Assembly (NCBI GenBank): GCA_023920165.1
Contig: CP089278.1
Span: forward strand, 1,116,001-1,180,000
DNA: 64,000 bases
Reading direction: 5' to 3'
DNA from: Curvularia clavata
Taxonomy: Eukaryota
The notes beneath the pieces were generated by a model. The model searched no databases. It had not been told where the DNA came from and saw nothing but the letters and a program-made list of their open reading frames with translations. Of this stretch, positions 10,099-22,860 are shown in pieces. A program made the position numbers and the translations under genes. Numbering within the stretch: position 1 is the first letter of the stretch; the number at the start of each line of letters is the position of its first letter.

Positions 10099-12123
10099 AT
10101 GGGCCGACAAGCCTACCTGGATAAGATTGCATTTGTACAGACCCCACCAGAACGTCCCGCACAAGACATGGCTAATGAATACAAAAGGGTCGGTCTGCGT
10201 TCGAGCCTGCGTCGTCTACCTCAGAGTCAGCAGAATACATCCAGCTCGAATCGGCGCAATCTGAAATCCCCTCACAATACTACGAGGCTACTGCGAACAA
10301 CTACATTCAGCTATACGATGAGCGCGGAAATCCCATCAACCCGCGCTCTCACCAGTATGGCAAGAAGCTTAGAGGCGCACAGAATGACGTGCTTGCGTCG
10401 GTAGGGGTAGTGGAGCGAAGGCGCTCGCCTGCCGAAGGACTCCCAGGTTCCAGCCAAGAGCGCTTTCAAATACTCGAGGCCGAGGATACCATGGGAAATG
10501 CCATTGCTTTGGTGACCACGCTGGCAGAGAACATCTGCACTTGGTGGGTAGGGTCTATCAGAGACAGGTTACTGGTGCGTTGCCCCTGCTCTAGTTTTGG
10601 GAAGCCCATTGCTAACTCCTGCCCGTAGACATTTCATTATTACCCTGGGTTATCTTTCAGTCATATCCTTAGGTCCGAATGTGCCCTCTCTGGACACTCC
10701 ATCATATATGAAGGTTTTGCCCCCCAATTATTTGCGAGCGTGAACATCCAGACTGCCATGTATAGCATGCTGATGTATCAACCAATTGAACGGTTGCTCT
10801 ATGCAACACGCGCAAGTGCAACAACTCGAAACTTCTTCCGTCGGACGAAGAAACTGCTACGATCAAGGTTTGGCTCATAGGTCTCCAGCCAGATAAATGC
10901 TTACCCAAAATAGCTTTCGTCTGGGCCTTGACGTTATCTGTTATCCATTCTACTATCACGCGGCTCTGCAACGCCTAGGCCTGGTGGCTGCTCGACCACT
11001 TCTTCCGTCATGGCGCACTCTTATTCCTTTTGCGGGGGCATCACCACTGCTTCCGCTATCCTTGCACTATAATGTATCAAACTCCATGGCAGATTGTGTT
11101 AGAGGCATCCTGACTTCGCCCGCTGTCCTTTTGTGCGCCCACCATGCAATGGAGCGCTGGGTTTATGCTTGTGTATACGAAGCTGTCGAATCATCCATCA
11201 TTCGCCCCAACAAACCTGATACACCCAGCCGGGATCCCAATGTAAAAGACCGTGCCATGACTATGCTCGGCATACGACGTGAGTCACCCACGCCAATCCG
11301 GAACAGCATCCACAAGGTATTGTCCATGCTCGGTTGGGCGTCACCACTCGTAGCCCAGAGCAATGTGCAAAAACAAACCATAACGGTCGAGTCAACACTA
11401 GACCCAAGCGATGGCCAAACGATAGATGTCGGTGGCACGCGGGTTACCAACGCTACCCCACTAAACCTACCCGTATTGCAAACCCAGGATCAGCCCGCAA
11501 GCGAGCCGACCGAGGTGGATGTGATTACCATCCCGATCGGCGCAGTTGAAGAGCTGATGCGTTCTACAACCCCACCGGCGTCGACAACCGGGCCAGAAGA
11601 CGATGAGAATGATCCGCGGATTCGTATTACGTCGCGCGAAGGCATTGTTGAAATGGAGGTTCGCCTTCCTCCCAGGACACTATCAAGTCACACCGAGATT
11701 GAAGAAGCCTTTGGATCCCCACGAGAGGGCAGGACCAGTGAGTCACTGCGTACAGCTCACTTGGCGGACGAGAAGCACTCATACCACCGGGTCACGCAAC
11801 TATCGTGTGAGCCTGCTCAGATGATTAGCGCAATGGTACGCGCTCAGCTTGTGGGCCTTGTCATGCTTCCCGCTCGCATGGTGATTCTGAGGATGATAGC
11901 CTCGCACTACTTGGCGGGCCAAGAACGGCACGGAGGCCCGCACCGTCTCGTCAGTTCACTAGACGTGGCCGGGGAGCTGAATTGGGCTGGGATTGGTACT
12001 CAATTGTCGCGGGTAGCACTCTGTGGCGTGTTGGAGGTGGCCCTTGATCTTGGTCTGTGGCAGTTGCAATACCTCACCATCACTAAAGTTGGGAAAGAGC
12101 TATTTGGATGGGGTACACTATAG
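10099..12123 (+). CDS. Conserved hypothetical membrane protein (4 exons), possibly a degenerate mitochondrial-carrier-fold protein
   Basis: Exons at about 10099-10134, 10188-10574, 10629-10867 and 10913-12123 splice into one frame: MGRQAYLDKIAF|GRSAFEP...YIQLYDERGNPINP...AQNDVLASVGVVER...TWWVGSIRDRLL|TFHYYPG. Several hydrophobic segments are present. Confidence 0.75.
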
Positions 12124-13951
12124 AGAAGGCCGTCGGCTCGCAGAGTGCTGGTACCAGTGACATGGCATTACACGACACGGTTTCGAGTCCGACCAGATTA
12201 TTTTTGTATCTGTGTCGAGATAGTCGGCAGCGGCCGATGCAGTGGCCTCTGGGTGGCACTTTTGCGCGTTTCACGAGTAACTAGGTCGAGATGCCGACGT
12301 CAATAAAGTTCCGAAGAGAGCACAGTAGTGACCTCTCCACGGTTTGAGTGGAACTGAGGCCTCTTTCTGACCCTAGCGATGAGCCAGGCCACCCGACCCA
12401 GCGTTTCTGGGCGATGAAAGTGGGAACTTGCTCTTGTTGCGATGGTGGCTGAGCATGGAGAGATCAGAGGGGACTGGAAAGACGCTGTCACGTGTATGAC
12501 AACGACGACATGTCTTGGGGCTTTTGGCGCGACAGGCGTCCGAGGTAGTAGGCCACAGTTGGCGCCGCCATGCACCACACAAGGCATTACTTTTACGACG
12601 GCATGCATGGGAGGGGTCGTGATTGGACGAGTTAGATTACAGAGAAGCCGTTGGGATCAACCTTGACTCTGTGATACGGAGATTGCGAACCACAGCAGCA
12701 AGACAGTAACAAGGTGCAGCCGGGGCCGAAAGCCGGAGCATGGTAAAGGGCATAAATGTGTTGACAAAAAGCGTGGCCGGCATGAGGAGGTCGTGCTGGG
12801 AAGGGATCAGCAGGTGATGGCGCGTGGCTGCCGTGTTTGCTGCGAATGCCGTTGGCGTAGGGCGTCGCTGGGGAAACGCCGGTACCAGGCAGGCGGGCGG
12901 GGCGGGTAAAGCTGAGAAGATGTAGAGTGAGGCGGCTGTTTGGAGGGTACTAGATATAGCGGTGGTAGTATAATGCGTACATCCATAAGAGGCTGTTTTG
13001 CATGAAAGGCGGGAGCGTCGAGTGATAGACGAGCAGGATGGACAGGGCGTGCGACTAGGGCTGGAGCCAGGGTTCGCTCGAGGACGGGCATGTGTGGGTG
13101 CGGATAGGCACGCTTGGACGGAGGTTGGCGTAAGGCCTAACGTCTTTAGTAGGCAGAGCCAACATGGATGAGTGCTGGCTGGCTTCAACCCTCCCCAAAG
13201 AAGCTGGCCATGACGATGCATGCGCCCGTGGGGGAGCCCCTTTTCCGCCAGCATCGCAGCTGCCATGGCTTGGCCGTGCCTGCCGCCCTCGACGCGCAGC
13301 ATACGTAGTAGTAGGAAGCCGCAGCCCGCACACGAGGCAGGCCCTGTCCGACGCTCCTTCCCTCTCTCCCACGCGTTCCTGCTGTCGACGGAGTTTTTGC
13401 CAGTCGCTCCTTGCTCGGGCCCCTGCACCCTCTCACCAGGGGACACCACGCTTGGGCTTCTCGGCGACCACCCGACCATTCACCAACGCTCCTTTTTCCC
13501 CACCACGCCGGGCCCGTCGCCGCACGCCTGCGAGAGAGAGAGAGCGAGAGCGACTGAGACCCTGAGTCTGGTCTTCTCGCCGCCGTCCTATCCTCGCTGT
13601 CCTGGCTCCTGCAACACGTCCCCGCGCGCCCACTCCCGTTTGCCGCGTGCACCACACATCATACCAAATCTTTCTCCAGACGCCCGCCAGCCGGCACTTC
13701 CCCACCAACACACCTCTGCCACGCCCGCGCAGACGCCTCCGCTGCTGACAATCTGCCCCGAGCCCAAGTGAGCCTCGAGTACAACGCCCCTCCGACGCTG
13801 GCGACCCTAACCGGTGCCTGACGGACATGTCTGCAGTGGCGTAGCTGGACTACTTGGAAAAACAAAGGCGACCGCGCGCCAGCAGTGCAGCGCCCGTACC
13901 TGCTACTCAAGCTGCATTAGCACTCCTCCACACGCGGCCCGCCCCATCATC

Positions 13952-16834
13952 ATGTCGGGCAACTCGCTCCCTCGCCCTTCGCGACCGTCGATTGCGCCGC
14001 CAACAGGCCCTTTGCCTTCGCTGCCCGTCCCAAAATCAAGAAGTTCCAATGTCGGGCCCACCTCCGGCCGCCCCTCGCTGCTTCCAGGAGCCACAAACAA
14101 CCGCGCAGTATCTTCATCAGCACTACCCTACCGGTCTCCTTCCATTTCCAAGCTGCCGCCATCCCCTGGCTTAACAGGTTTCTCGCCTGACGAGAGTGCT
14201 CCCCCTACAGCGTTGCCAGCCGGAAAGTCGTTGCGCAAGACGGTCAGCATAGGCGCCTTCCCACAACCGCCCAGACACAGCGTGAGATCGAATCCCTCGA
14301 GCCCGCTCTCGACAAGTTCGACACCAGGAGGAGATATCGCCAGTCCAAGAACCGTATCAAAAAGCTCGCTGCCCCCACGGGAGAGCAGCCTGAAGAAACC
14401 TCGGGCCTCGAATGTTGGGGGCGGGCGAGGTTTACTACCAAAGTCTCCCCTCTCTCCTCCCAGCCTGCTCAACGGAAGTGCAGATTCGGTAGCGGTAGAC
14501 AGCGGCCATCTTAGCCTTCCCTCTCCGCCACACAGCCGGAACTCGTCTCCACAGGGATCGTATGCGACCAGCGCAACCACAGCAGAAGATGGCGAGGATA
14601 GTACGCAAAAAGATGGAAAGCCACACAAGGACGGAAAAGGCAACGTCATTGTCAGCGTACGAGTGCGGCCAGACGTTGGAGCAAAAGATGGCAAACATGA
14701 CATGGACTGGGAAGTTAGCAACAAGCGCGCATTGATATCCTACAGGGGCAAGGAAGGCGGTGATTACTTTTATGGTACAGTTTCACAACCCCGCGTACAA
14801 GCTAAACCAGCTCAGCTAATTTGACATGAAGACAACGTCTTTGACCCGCAGGACAACAACGCGCGTGTCTACGATGCAGCAGCCAAGCGACTTGTCCGAC
14901 GGGTTATGGAGGGTTATCACGGCACGGTCTTCGCCTACGGCATGACGGGAACTGGAAAAACTTTCTCCATGCAAGGAACAGCAACCAATCCCGGTGTAAT
15001 CCCCTTGGCCATTACCGACATCTTCTCTTACATCCGAGAGACACCACAGCGCGAGTTCCTCCTGAGAGTCAGCTACATCGAAATCTACAACGAAAAAATC
15101 ATCGACTTGCTGGCAGGACCTCCGGTTGGCATGAATGGCCAGAATGGTCCCGTCGAGGAGATCAAGCTGCGTGAGGACAGCAAGCGCGGTGTTTATGCGA
15201 CCCCGCTGAAAGAAGAGATTGTGCAGAGTCCAACACAACTGCTGAGAGTCATTGCTCGTGGAGACAATTCACGAAAAGTGGCGGGTACGCAGTTCAACGC
15301 ACGCAGTTCTCGAAGTCACGCGGTTGTGCAAATTGTTGTCGAAAGTCGAGAGCGTGCGCCTGGCCCTTCCACATCAGGTGGCGACAAACGGTCTGGCATC
15401 ATCCCTGGTGGTGTCCGTGTTTCGACATTGAGTCTGATCGATTTGGCCGGATCTGAGAAGGCAGCTGACAGCAAAGAGAGGAGGACCGAGGGTTCACACA
15501 TCAACAAGAGTCTGCTCACCTTGGGTACCGTCATTGGACGCTTAGCCTCAGATAAAGAGAAGTCTGAGAAGGACAAGGGCAAAGGAGACAAGCATCTGCC
15601 CTACAGAGACAGCAAACTTACTCGACTTCTCCAGCCGGCTCTTTCTGGCAACTCGCTGGTCAGTATTCTGTGCACAATTCAGATTGGCGCTAGTGGGAGC
15701 CCCGCGGCGACGAACAGCCATACCGGCGAGACATTGAACACTCTCAAGTTTGCATCGCGAGCAAAGAACAACATTGTCAGCCATGCCAAAAAGGCTGATG
15801 AGTCTGTTGGTCCTGGCGGGGATGCAGGCAGCCGAGCTTTGCTGGACCGCTACCGCTTGGAGATCGAGGAGCTGAAGAAGCAACTGGCCGAGGGCAAGTC
15901 CAAAGAAGTCAAGGAAAAGGAAGAAGTGGACGACGTCAAGAGGGACAAGGAAGAAGAAAAGGCCCGCGAACTCGAAAACAAGCAACGACACGAGGAACAG
16001 ATGCTCGAGATGCAGTTGGCTAGGACTGCACTCAAAGAGCGCATTGAGCATCTCAACAGACTGATTCTGAGTTCCAAGTCGCTTGGCGTTAATAATGGCC
16101 GGTCCTTCTCATCCATGAGTATGAAGCGCACATCGGTCATGAGCAATGCTCACACCGATATGCGGCCGATGTCGATACGCTCATCTGCAAGCCATGCCAC
16201 CCTCGGAGCCGGCCGTAGGAAAAGTACCCCACAGCTTCACTTGGACGGTTCCGAGGAAGACGACTCTGTTGGTGACAATGGGGACGGCTTTGCAAGTCAG
16301 AACATGCAGATACAGGCACTGCAAGCAGATCTTTCGGACAAGAACCGGTACATTGCTACCCTCGAGAAGCGCCTGCTCCATGCTCGTAGAGCAAGTCATT
16401 CCCGAGTCTCACTGTCACTATCACACAAACTCACTAGTAGTGAGGAAGGTGGCATGATTGCGGCCCTTGCCGAGAGGGACAATGAGATTGTCAACCTGCG
16501 AGCACAACTTGAAGACAAGGAGCGGATGATCGCGGCCCTCACGTCAGCACGCAAGAAGAACGACAACGCACACGACTTGGGAAGCGAATCGCCAGGCAGC
16601 CGTCGCACTTCGGGCTACCAACGCAGTACCAGCGACGGCAGCGCCGCCAGTGTTATTCCCAAGGGCCCAGCGTCGCCAGCTCCTAGTGTAAAACCCCCCT
16701 TCCTTCCTACTTCAAATACCAACGGCTCGACCAAGAACATTGAAGAGATGACGCGCATGCTCGACGAGATGATCACTGGTCGCGTTGAGAAGACTGCCAG
16801 GCGGAGCAGCTTGATGCCAGTCACAGAAGGCTGA
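13952..16834 (+). CDS. kipA: Kinesin-7 family motor (KipA/Tea2/Kip2-like) with a Ser/Pro-rich N-terminal extension; intron 14775-14831
   Basis: NVIVSVRVRP, P-loop AYGMTGTGKT, switch I NARSSRSHA, switch II LIDLAGSE, HLPYRDSKLTRLLQPALSGN, and C-terminal coiled coils. Confidence 0.9.
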
Positions 16835-18587
16835 TGTACCTTTTTCCACACATCACGAAGCAAACACGAGGGCATCTCGTGCCGAGCACATGGCACGGAC
16901 CAGCACCGTATCAATCTATTCCAGACGAACCGAAGTACAGTAATGGAGATGATGAACGTCAGCACCAATGGTGTTAGGCAAAGTACTTCAAAAGTTTTTA
17001 TTTCCTTCACATCTAGCGATCTCTTACATCACGAGGGATTCCATAGCGATTGGCGTTAAATGGGTCACGGAGTACAACACTGGCACAGGCATGGATTCCG
17101 ACCTGGACATCCTGGAACCATGTATGCGATGGGTACGCACGGGCGTAGACGATTGGGGGGGTCTTCTGTTCTGTTGCCCGATTCGATGCAGCCCCGGGAG
17201 GATTGTACACCACTTTTTTTTTCTTTTACTTCCTTCTCTTATCTTCCTGTGCCAAGGGACTTTCGATCTGATACCCCCTTTTTTTCCATCTTACATACTA
17301 GTTGCTCAAACATTTTCTTGCTTACGATGCATACTTAGCAGTCGCTTCAAATCACTTCGTGGTCTGTTCTTGGACGGATCACATGACTAGTTTCATGCCC
17401 ATTCCCCGATGCGCCCCCAGCGCTTGCATTGCTGTTAATAAAGTAGAGTTATTCAGATTGGCGTTGTTTAGAAAACGCTGCATATTGCAACGTCATCCAA
17501 TTGGGGGTGGCGTTGGTACTGTACGTAGATAGTGATACTAAATTGATCGTAGCCTACCCAGAGTACAGTACATTTTTCCCGTACGACTAGTCCACCATGT
17601 CCGGCTTATTGCATACTCGGCTCTGCATAATATTTCTAAAATAGCAGAGAGCCCTTTAATAGCCATGGCAAACGCCCACCTGACTGGAACACCTGTCTAT
17701 TCCAAACCGGCATTCCAAATGCAGAGGCCACATGGACTCCACGCCACCCAACTGCGTCAAAGACCTTGGTAGGCACTGTCCTGTATGGCTTCTTGGGTAT
17801 GCCTAGCGCCGGCGAGGGATGGCTCCTCTAAGCACCAGCGTCGACGACGTTGCATTTAGCGGCCAAGCTGAAACCCACTATGCCCCTCGCCCCGCACATG
17901 CAGCGAAATGAGGTCCCCTAACGCCTTCCGTATTCTTGTTGCACCCGCTACTCAAATAAGCAAGTCGGATCTCCCTCCTAATCTTACCTTGCACCCTATT
18001 GTGTTCTTTGAATCCTTCGCTTCCTGCTCTCGGATCGCCCGCTGGTCTTTTTTCGGCTTCCGTCTGGTAGTGGGCAATCCGTCGTTTGCCACATCTCACT
18101 CGCACTTCGTTTTGAGTGTGAAACCACTTTTGCACCAGGAACAAAAGCATCTTTTGCCGAACTCTGTTTCGCTTCTCTGTATGGCTTCTTGAAGCGTCGG
18201 CCTTCTTTCTTCTTCCTTTTCTGCTTCCTTCGCCTTCCCTTCCTTCATCATACATTCCAGCCATAGGGACTGTGTCCTGATCTTCTACTTTTTTTTTGTA
18301 AAGGCCGTGCCTTCGTCCACTCCTTCACTACATACTACTGTTCACGGCCTAAGATTACCTGTTCGCAACGGTCGCTCTGCACGGTCAAACAGTGACGTTC
18401 ACCTTACTTGCGTATACCCACATACATCATCCTCGCTGCATAACCCCTCGTCCTCGGAGTGGTACCACCACGCGCACAGCCAACAAAATCATCCGATTTG
18501 GCCGGAAATCTCACCTCTCACCCCTAGTTGCAAATCAAATCATCGGTGGGGCTTGCAGCAGAGCAACTTTCTCTCGGCTTTTTCATT

Positions 18588-20506
18588 ATGCTGAACCAGG
18601 CCACTCAGAAATTCACCAAGATGCATGCAAGGCGGAACCCCAACCTGTCTTTGCAATCAACGGCGCATTATTCGCAACTGGAACCCCCACCTCATTCGGC
18701 TACTTCCAGCGCTTTTCTGTCTCCTACCGTCCCGTCCCGGCGCGGACTACTCTCAAGATCGCCCCCGGCCAGCCCAAGCCTCCCGAGTCTGCTACCGAAA
18801 CATGGCAAGATCCCGCGTCAGAATTCTGGAAAGTTGATCAAGAAGATCCTGTTGGGATCCTGTGGTGTAGCTCTCGTGCTATGGGTTGTGTTGAGGCTGA
18901 TCTACACAAATCCGCATCACACACTTGGCTATGATGACGAGACTGACGACGAATGGGAAATGGTTGGGGGTAGCCGGTTGCCACACGAGCCGTCTGCTGT
19001 TGCGCTCGTAGATGCCAAGGGCAAAATGAGGTGGACAGTGTCGATACCGGCAAGCTACGATTTCCCATTGCAACCAGCGCAGTACCAGGAGATATGCCAT
19101 CAGTCTATGGAGTTGTACAAGGAGTTCGAGCAAGGAGGGCGGAGGTCTTCGAGCTTTGGCAAGAGAATGTTGGATTATTATCAGAAGGACCAGTACTACA
19201 TCGACGTTCAAGAGGCGGAGGAACAAGCACTGCTGCCGCCTGCCAAATCAAAGGGAAGACCAAAGAATTTCGTGGAGGATGAATCCATGAAGAAGGGGGC
19301 TTCGCAAGAGGGGCTCAAGGTCTGTGACAAGAGCTTGACCTTTGTCATGGAGACAAAAGATGCTGGGTTTGGCAACACGTTGATGTACTTGTGGATGTCG
19401 TACGGTCTGGCGAAAGCTGAGAACCGCGCCTTCTTCATCGACGACTCTCGCTGGTATGCTTAACCTCCATGGAAGTATTGAGGTGTTTTCAGTTATTAAC
19501 AGTGACCAGGCCCTATGGCAAGTTCTCTTCATACTTCCAACCTCCACCTGCCACAAACTGCCTTCCACCTCCTACATCACATATTGTCCCTTGTCCTCAC
19601 ACAGCGCGCCATATTGTTGTCAGCGCCGCCACCACAAAGGCCACTTATGGCCATGCCTTCACCGAAGAATGGGAGGATCCGCGAAAGGTAGGTGTGCTAC
19701 GCCAATCCAAGATCTTCGGCCTTGCCAGGACGGGCTACGAAGCCCTATTCAAGCTCCGCGAGGACGACGAAAAGTACGTTCTCCAAAAGTCTCTAGACAT
19801 GTACGGCGCCGTCAAGCTCGAGGGCGGCCTCAGCATCGGCATGCACGTACGTCATGGCGACAAACACCCTATGGAATACCAGTACCAAGAAGACTACATA
19901 CCCCTAGCTCGCTACATCGAGACCGCCCGCGACCTGTACATTGAAATTGTCGAAGGCGAGTCCAAAAACAAAAAACGCGCCCGTCTCTCCTCTGCCTTTT
20001 CGTCCTCCAAAGACACCCTCACAACCCGCCACACGAGCTCCAAAATGGTCCTCGCCTCGGACGACCCTCTCGTTTACGACTCCCCAGAGCTAGGACCCAA
20101 CAGCATCCGCGCCCAAGACCGCATCGTGCTCGCCACCAAGACGCAACTCGAAGCCGCGCAAAAGGCGCCAAAGAAGAATGCCTGGATCGATGAAATCACG
20201 GGCTGGGAAGGGGGCTTCTACCGCGACGTCTTTTTCTCGCTCGGCCAGACGACGGGCAACGCGCAGGACTCGAAGAAAATCAATCAAGAAAAAGTGCCCG
20301 AGAACGCAATGAAGCTGCGTGAATTGGTGGGTCGCGCGTACCTGCTTGACCTGGCGGTGCTGGGCAAAGCGGATACGATAGTTTGTACGGTTAGTAGTAC
20401 GACGTGCAGGCTCCTGGCGGTCATGATGGGCTGGGAAGATGCAATTCCAGGGAATAAGTGGAGGAACATTGATGGGTCGTTTGATTGGAGGGGGGTTATT
20501 TGGTGA
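18588..20506 (+). CDS. Type II membrane protein with FUT8/NodZ (GT23, alpha-1,6-fucosyltransferase-like) motifs; intron 19454-19509
   Basis: TM ILLGSCGVALVLWVVLRLIY, followed by GFGNTL...AENRAFFIDDSRW|PYG, motif I IGMHVRHGDK, motif II VLASDDP and motif III DLAVLGKADTIVCTVSSTTCRL. Confidence 0.75.
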
Positions 20507-21182
20507 GGTGGTGTATTTCTTTCTTTTTTTCATGTGGATATTCCTGTTGCGAGATACGTAAAATGTTTTCTTGTTTAAGCGTTGTTCTTTTGAGCGGTTG
20601 CTTGTTAGCATTGCTGCGTCCTCGTCGTCTTTCGTTTGAGTAAACAGCACAGATTTTTGCAGGCGAAATCATTTAGCGTTGCTTTTTGTCACGGCCGCTT
20701 TTTTTTTCTTTTCTCTAAGAAAATCAAATAGATTTGCTCTTTGATAAATGGTGAGAGATGATATACATATAAGTATAGTCTAGTTATACTTGCTTGCCTA
20801 ACACCCATTGCTCAGACCCTCAAGACAATTTCCTGCTTCAGCCTCTAGCTCATTAATCCATCAAACCAACTTCTTTGTTTTCCATGCCTTGCTTCACTTT
20901 TCTCCGCTCCTATCCTATACACAAGCCTCGCGGCCCGTCTTCCTGCTTCGTCATCACCGCCTCCATGCCTCGGCTATATGCGGGCCTCCCTAAAGCTTAT
21001 CCGCCGCTAGTCGCTTCAGCCTAGCACCCTACCTAGGTAAATTGACTACATCTCCTCACGTATATCCGTCTGCCCTTCGGCTCTGCGGAGACAACCCCGG
21101 ATATCTGCTGTAGAAAAGACCCTGATATCTAGTATCACTGTATTTTGTGAAAGATAAATTTTGTATACGACTTTGAGCAGTT

Positions 21183-22189
21183 ATGGCGCAAGGCAAGATC
21201 ACCTTTTATGTGGACATTGTGAGCCCGTTTGCTTACATTGCTTTTTATATTCTCAAGGTACGTCTGCAAGAGGATGCTTGTCGTCTTTTGTTATGAAAAA
21301 GCGAGGGAGGATTCAGATTCGGGATGATTGAAACTGGATTCTGGTGATACATGACTGACTTTTTTTGATATTAAACAACAGAATTCCCCCGTCTTCAAGC
21401 AAGTCGATATCAAGTATGTGCCAATTGTACTCGGCGGCTTGATGAAGACGTGTGGCAATACGCCGCCGTTGCAGATTAAGAGTACGTATTTCCATCTCAT
21501 TATCCCGTATCATTCTACCCATATGATCTGTAAACAAAAAGCCCCAGACCCATCAACTCAACCTCGCATACACAAACCCAGAAGAAGAAACATATTTCCC
21601 TTTCATTCCTCTCCCTCTTCTAACCACCACGACTCCACAGACAAGGATAAATGGATCGACGCCGAACGCACCCGCTGGTCCACCCACTTCAACATCCCCA
21701 TCGCCCCCTCTCCTCCCCCTGGCTTCCCCCTCAACACGCTGCCCCTCCAGCGCGCACTAACCGCCATCTCCCTCTCGCACCCACACAAGTTGGAGCCCGC
21801 GATCCAATTGTTCTGGGACAACTTCTGGGTCAAGTACAACGAGCCCATGCAACCGGACAACTTGCGAGGCCTGCTGCAGACACTGCTGGGTAGTGAAGAG
21901 GAGGCGGGGAAGATGGTGGAGAGGATGACGACGGAGGAAGTCAAGGGAAAGTTGAGGGAGAATACGCAGGATGCCTTTGAGAATGGGGCGTTTGGGTTGC
22001 CGTGGTTTGTGGGTAAGTGGAATGTGTTTGTGAGGAGAAATGTGCGGGATTTGAGCTAACGGAGATATTGTAGCGACGAATGCAAAGGGTGAGAAGGAGG
22101 GGTATTGGGGCGTTGATCATATGGGGCAGCTTTGTGATCATTTGGGGTTGGAGAGGCCGAGTGGTAAGGGGTGGCGGTCTCTGCTGTAG
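21183..22189 (+). CDS. DsbA-like thioredoxin / glutathione S-transferase kappa (HCCA isomerase family); 4 exons
   Basis: Reads MAQGKITFYVDIVSPFAYIAF...PIVLGGLMKTCGNTPP...GAFGLPWFV|ATNAKGEKEGYWGVDH, with three GT-AG introns. Confidence 0.88.
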
Positions 22190-22860
22190 AGGATTGTAAT
22201 GGAAAGGTTTTGCTGGTGTTGGTAAGTTGATGCAGATTGCATCAGTGAGCCTTTCTAGCGTGATTTTGCGGTTGTTTGGGTTCACTCCACTCCATAGTAT
22301 GTTAGTTTTTTAGAATGAATTAAATGTACGCATTTAATTACTCTGGCCCTTCGAATCTTGAAGATATGCTGTGAAGAGGTTGAGTGGGATCCATGTGATG
22401 GGTTGGAAACAAAAAACGCTTTGCCAGTTGTTATCATGGCATTAGCGTACCGTGGCACAAGACTTTTGCAAAGAAAGGGTGGTTCAATGACAAATAACTA
22501 TTGAAGAGCCGGACGTATCAGTAGGTGGTAACTAATCAGTTCAGATGGGCGAATTAGACCAATTAAATTTACATTGGCTTCTGGTGAAGTCAGGCTCCAC
22601 TGGATTGTGAAATCCGTTGGAGAGTGATTCAGTCATTGTACAATGAAGCATGAAGCACAGTTTAAATACCAAAAACATGATGGCAAGAGAGGAGGTTTCC
22701 GTAAACATTGATTTCTTTACTGTATTCACATTATCCAGTTACAACTTATCTACCAACTTTCCTGCGCTTCCATCATGCCCCCAAATATCCTGCCCTTAAA
22801 TCCCTTTCGCCAGTCCATTATTATTCATCCTATTATTCAATCTTATCCTCACTCTCCCAT

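Noticed and set aside
12300..13951. Multiple overlapping ORFs (up to 280 aa) upstream of the kinesin
   Set aside because: This is GC-rich promoter/5'UTR sequence with a GA repeat, and no protein family signal is present.
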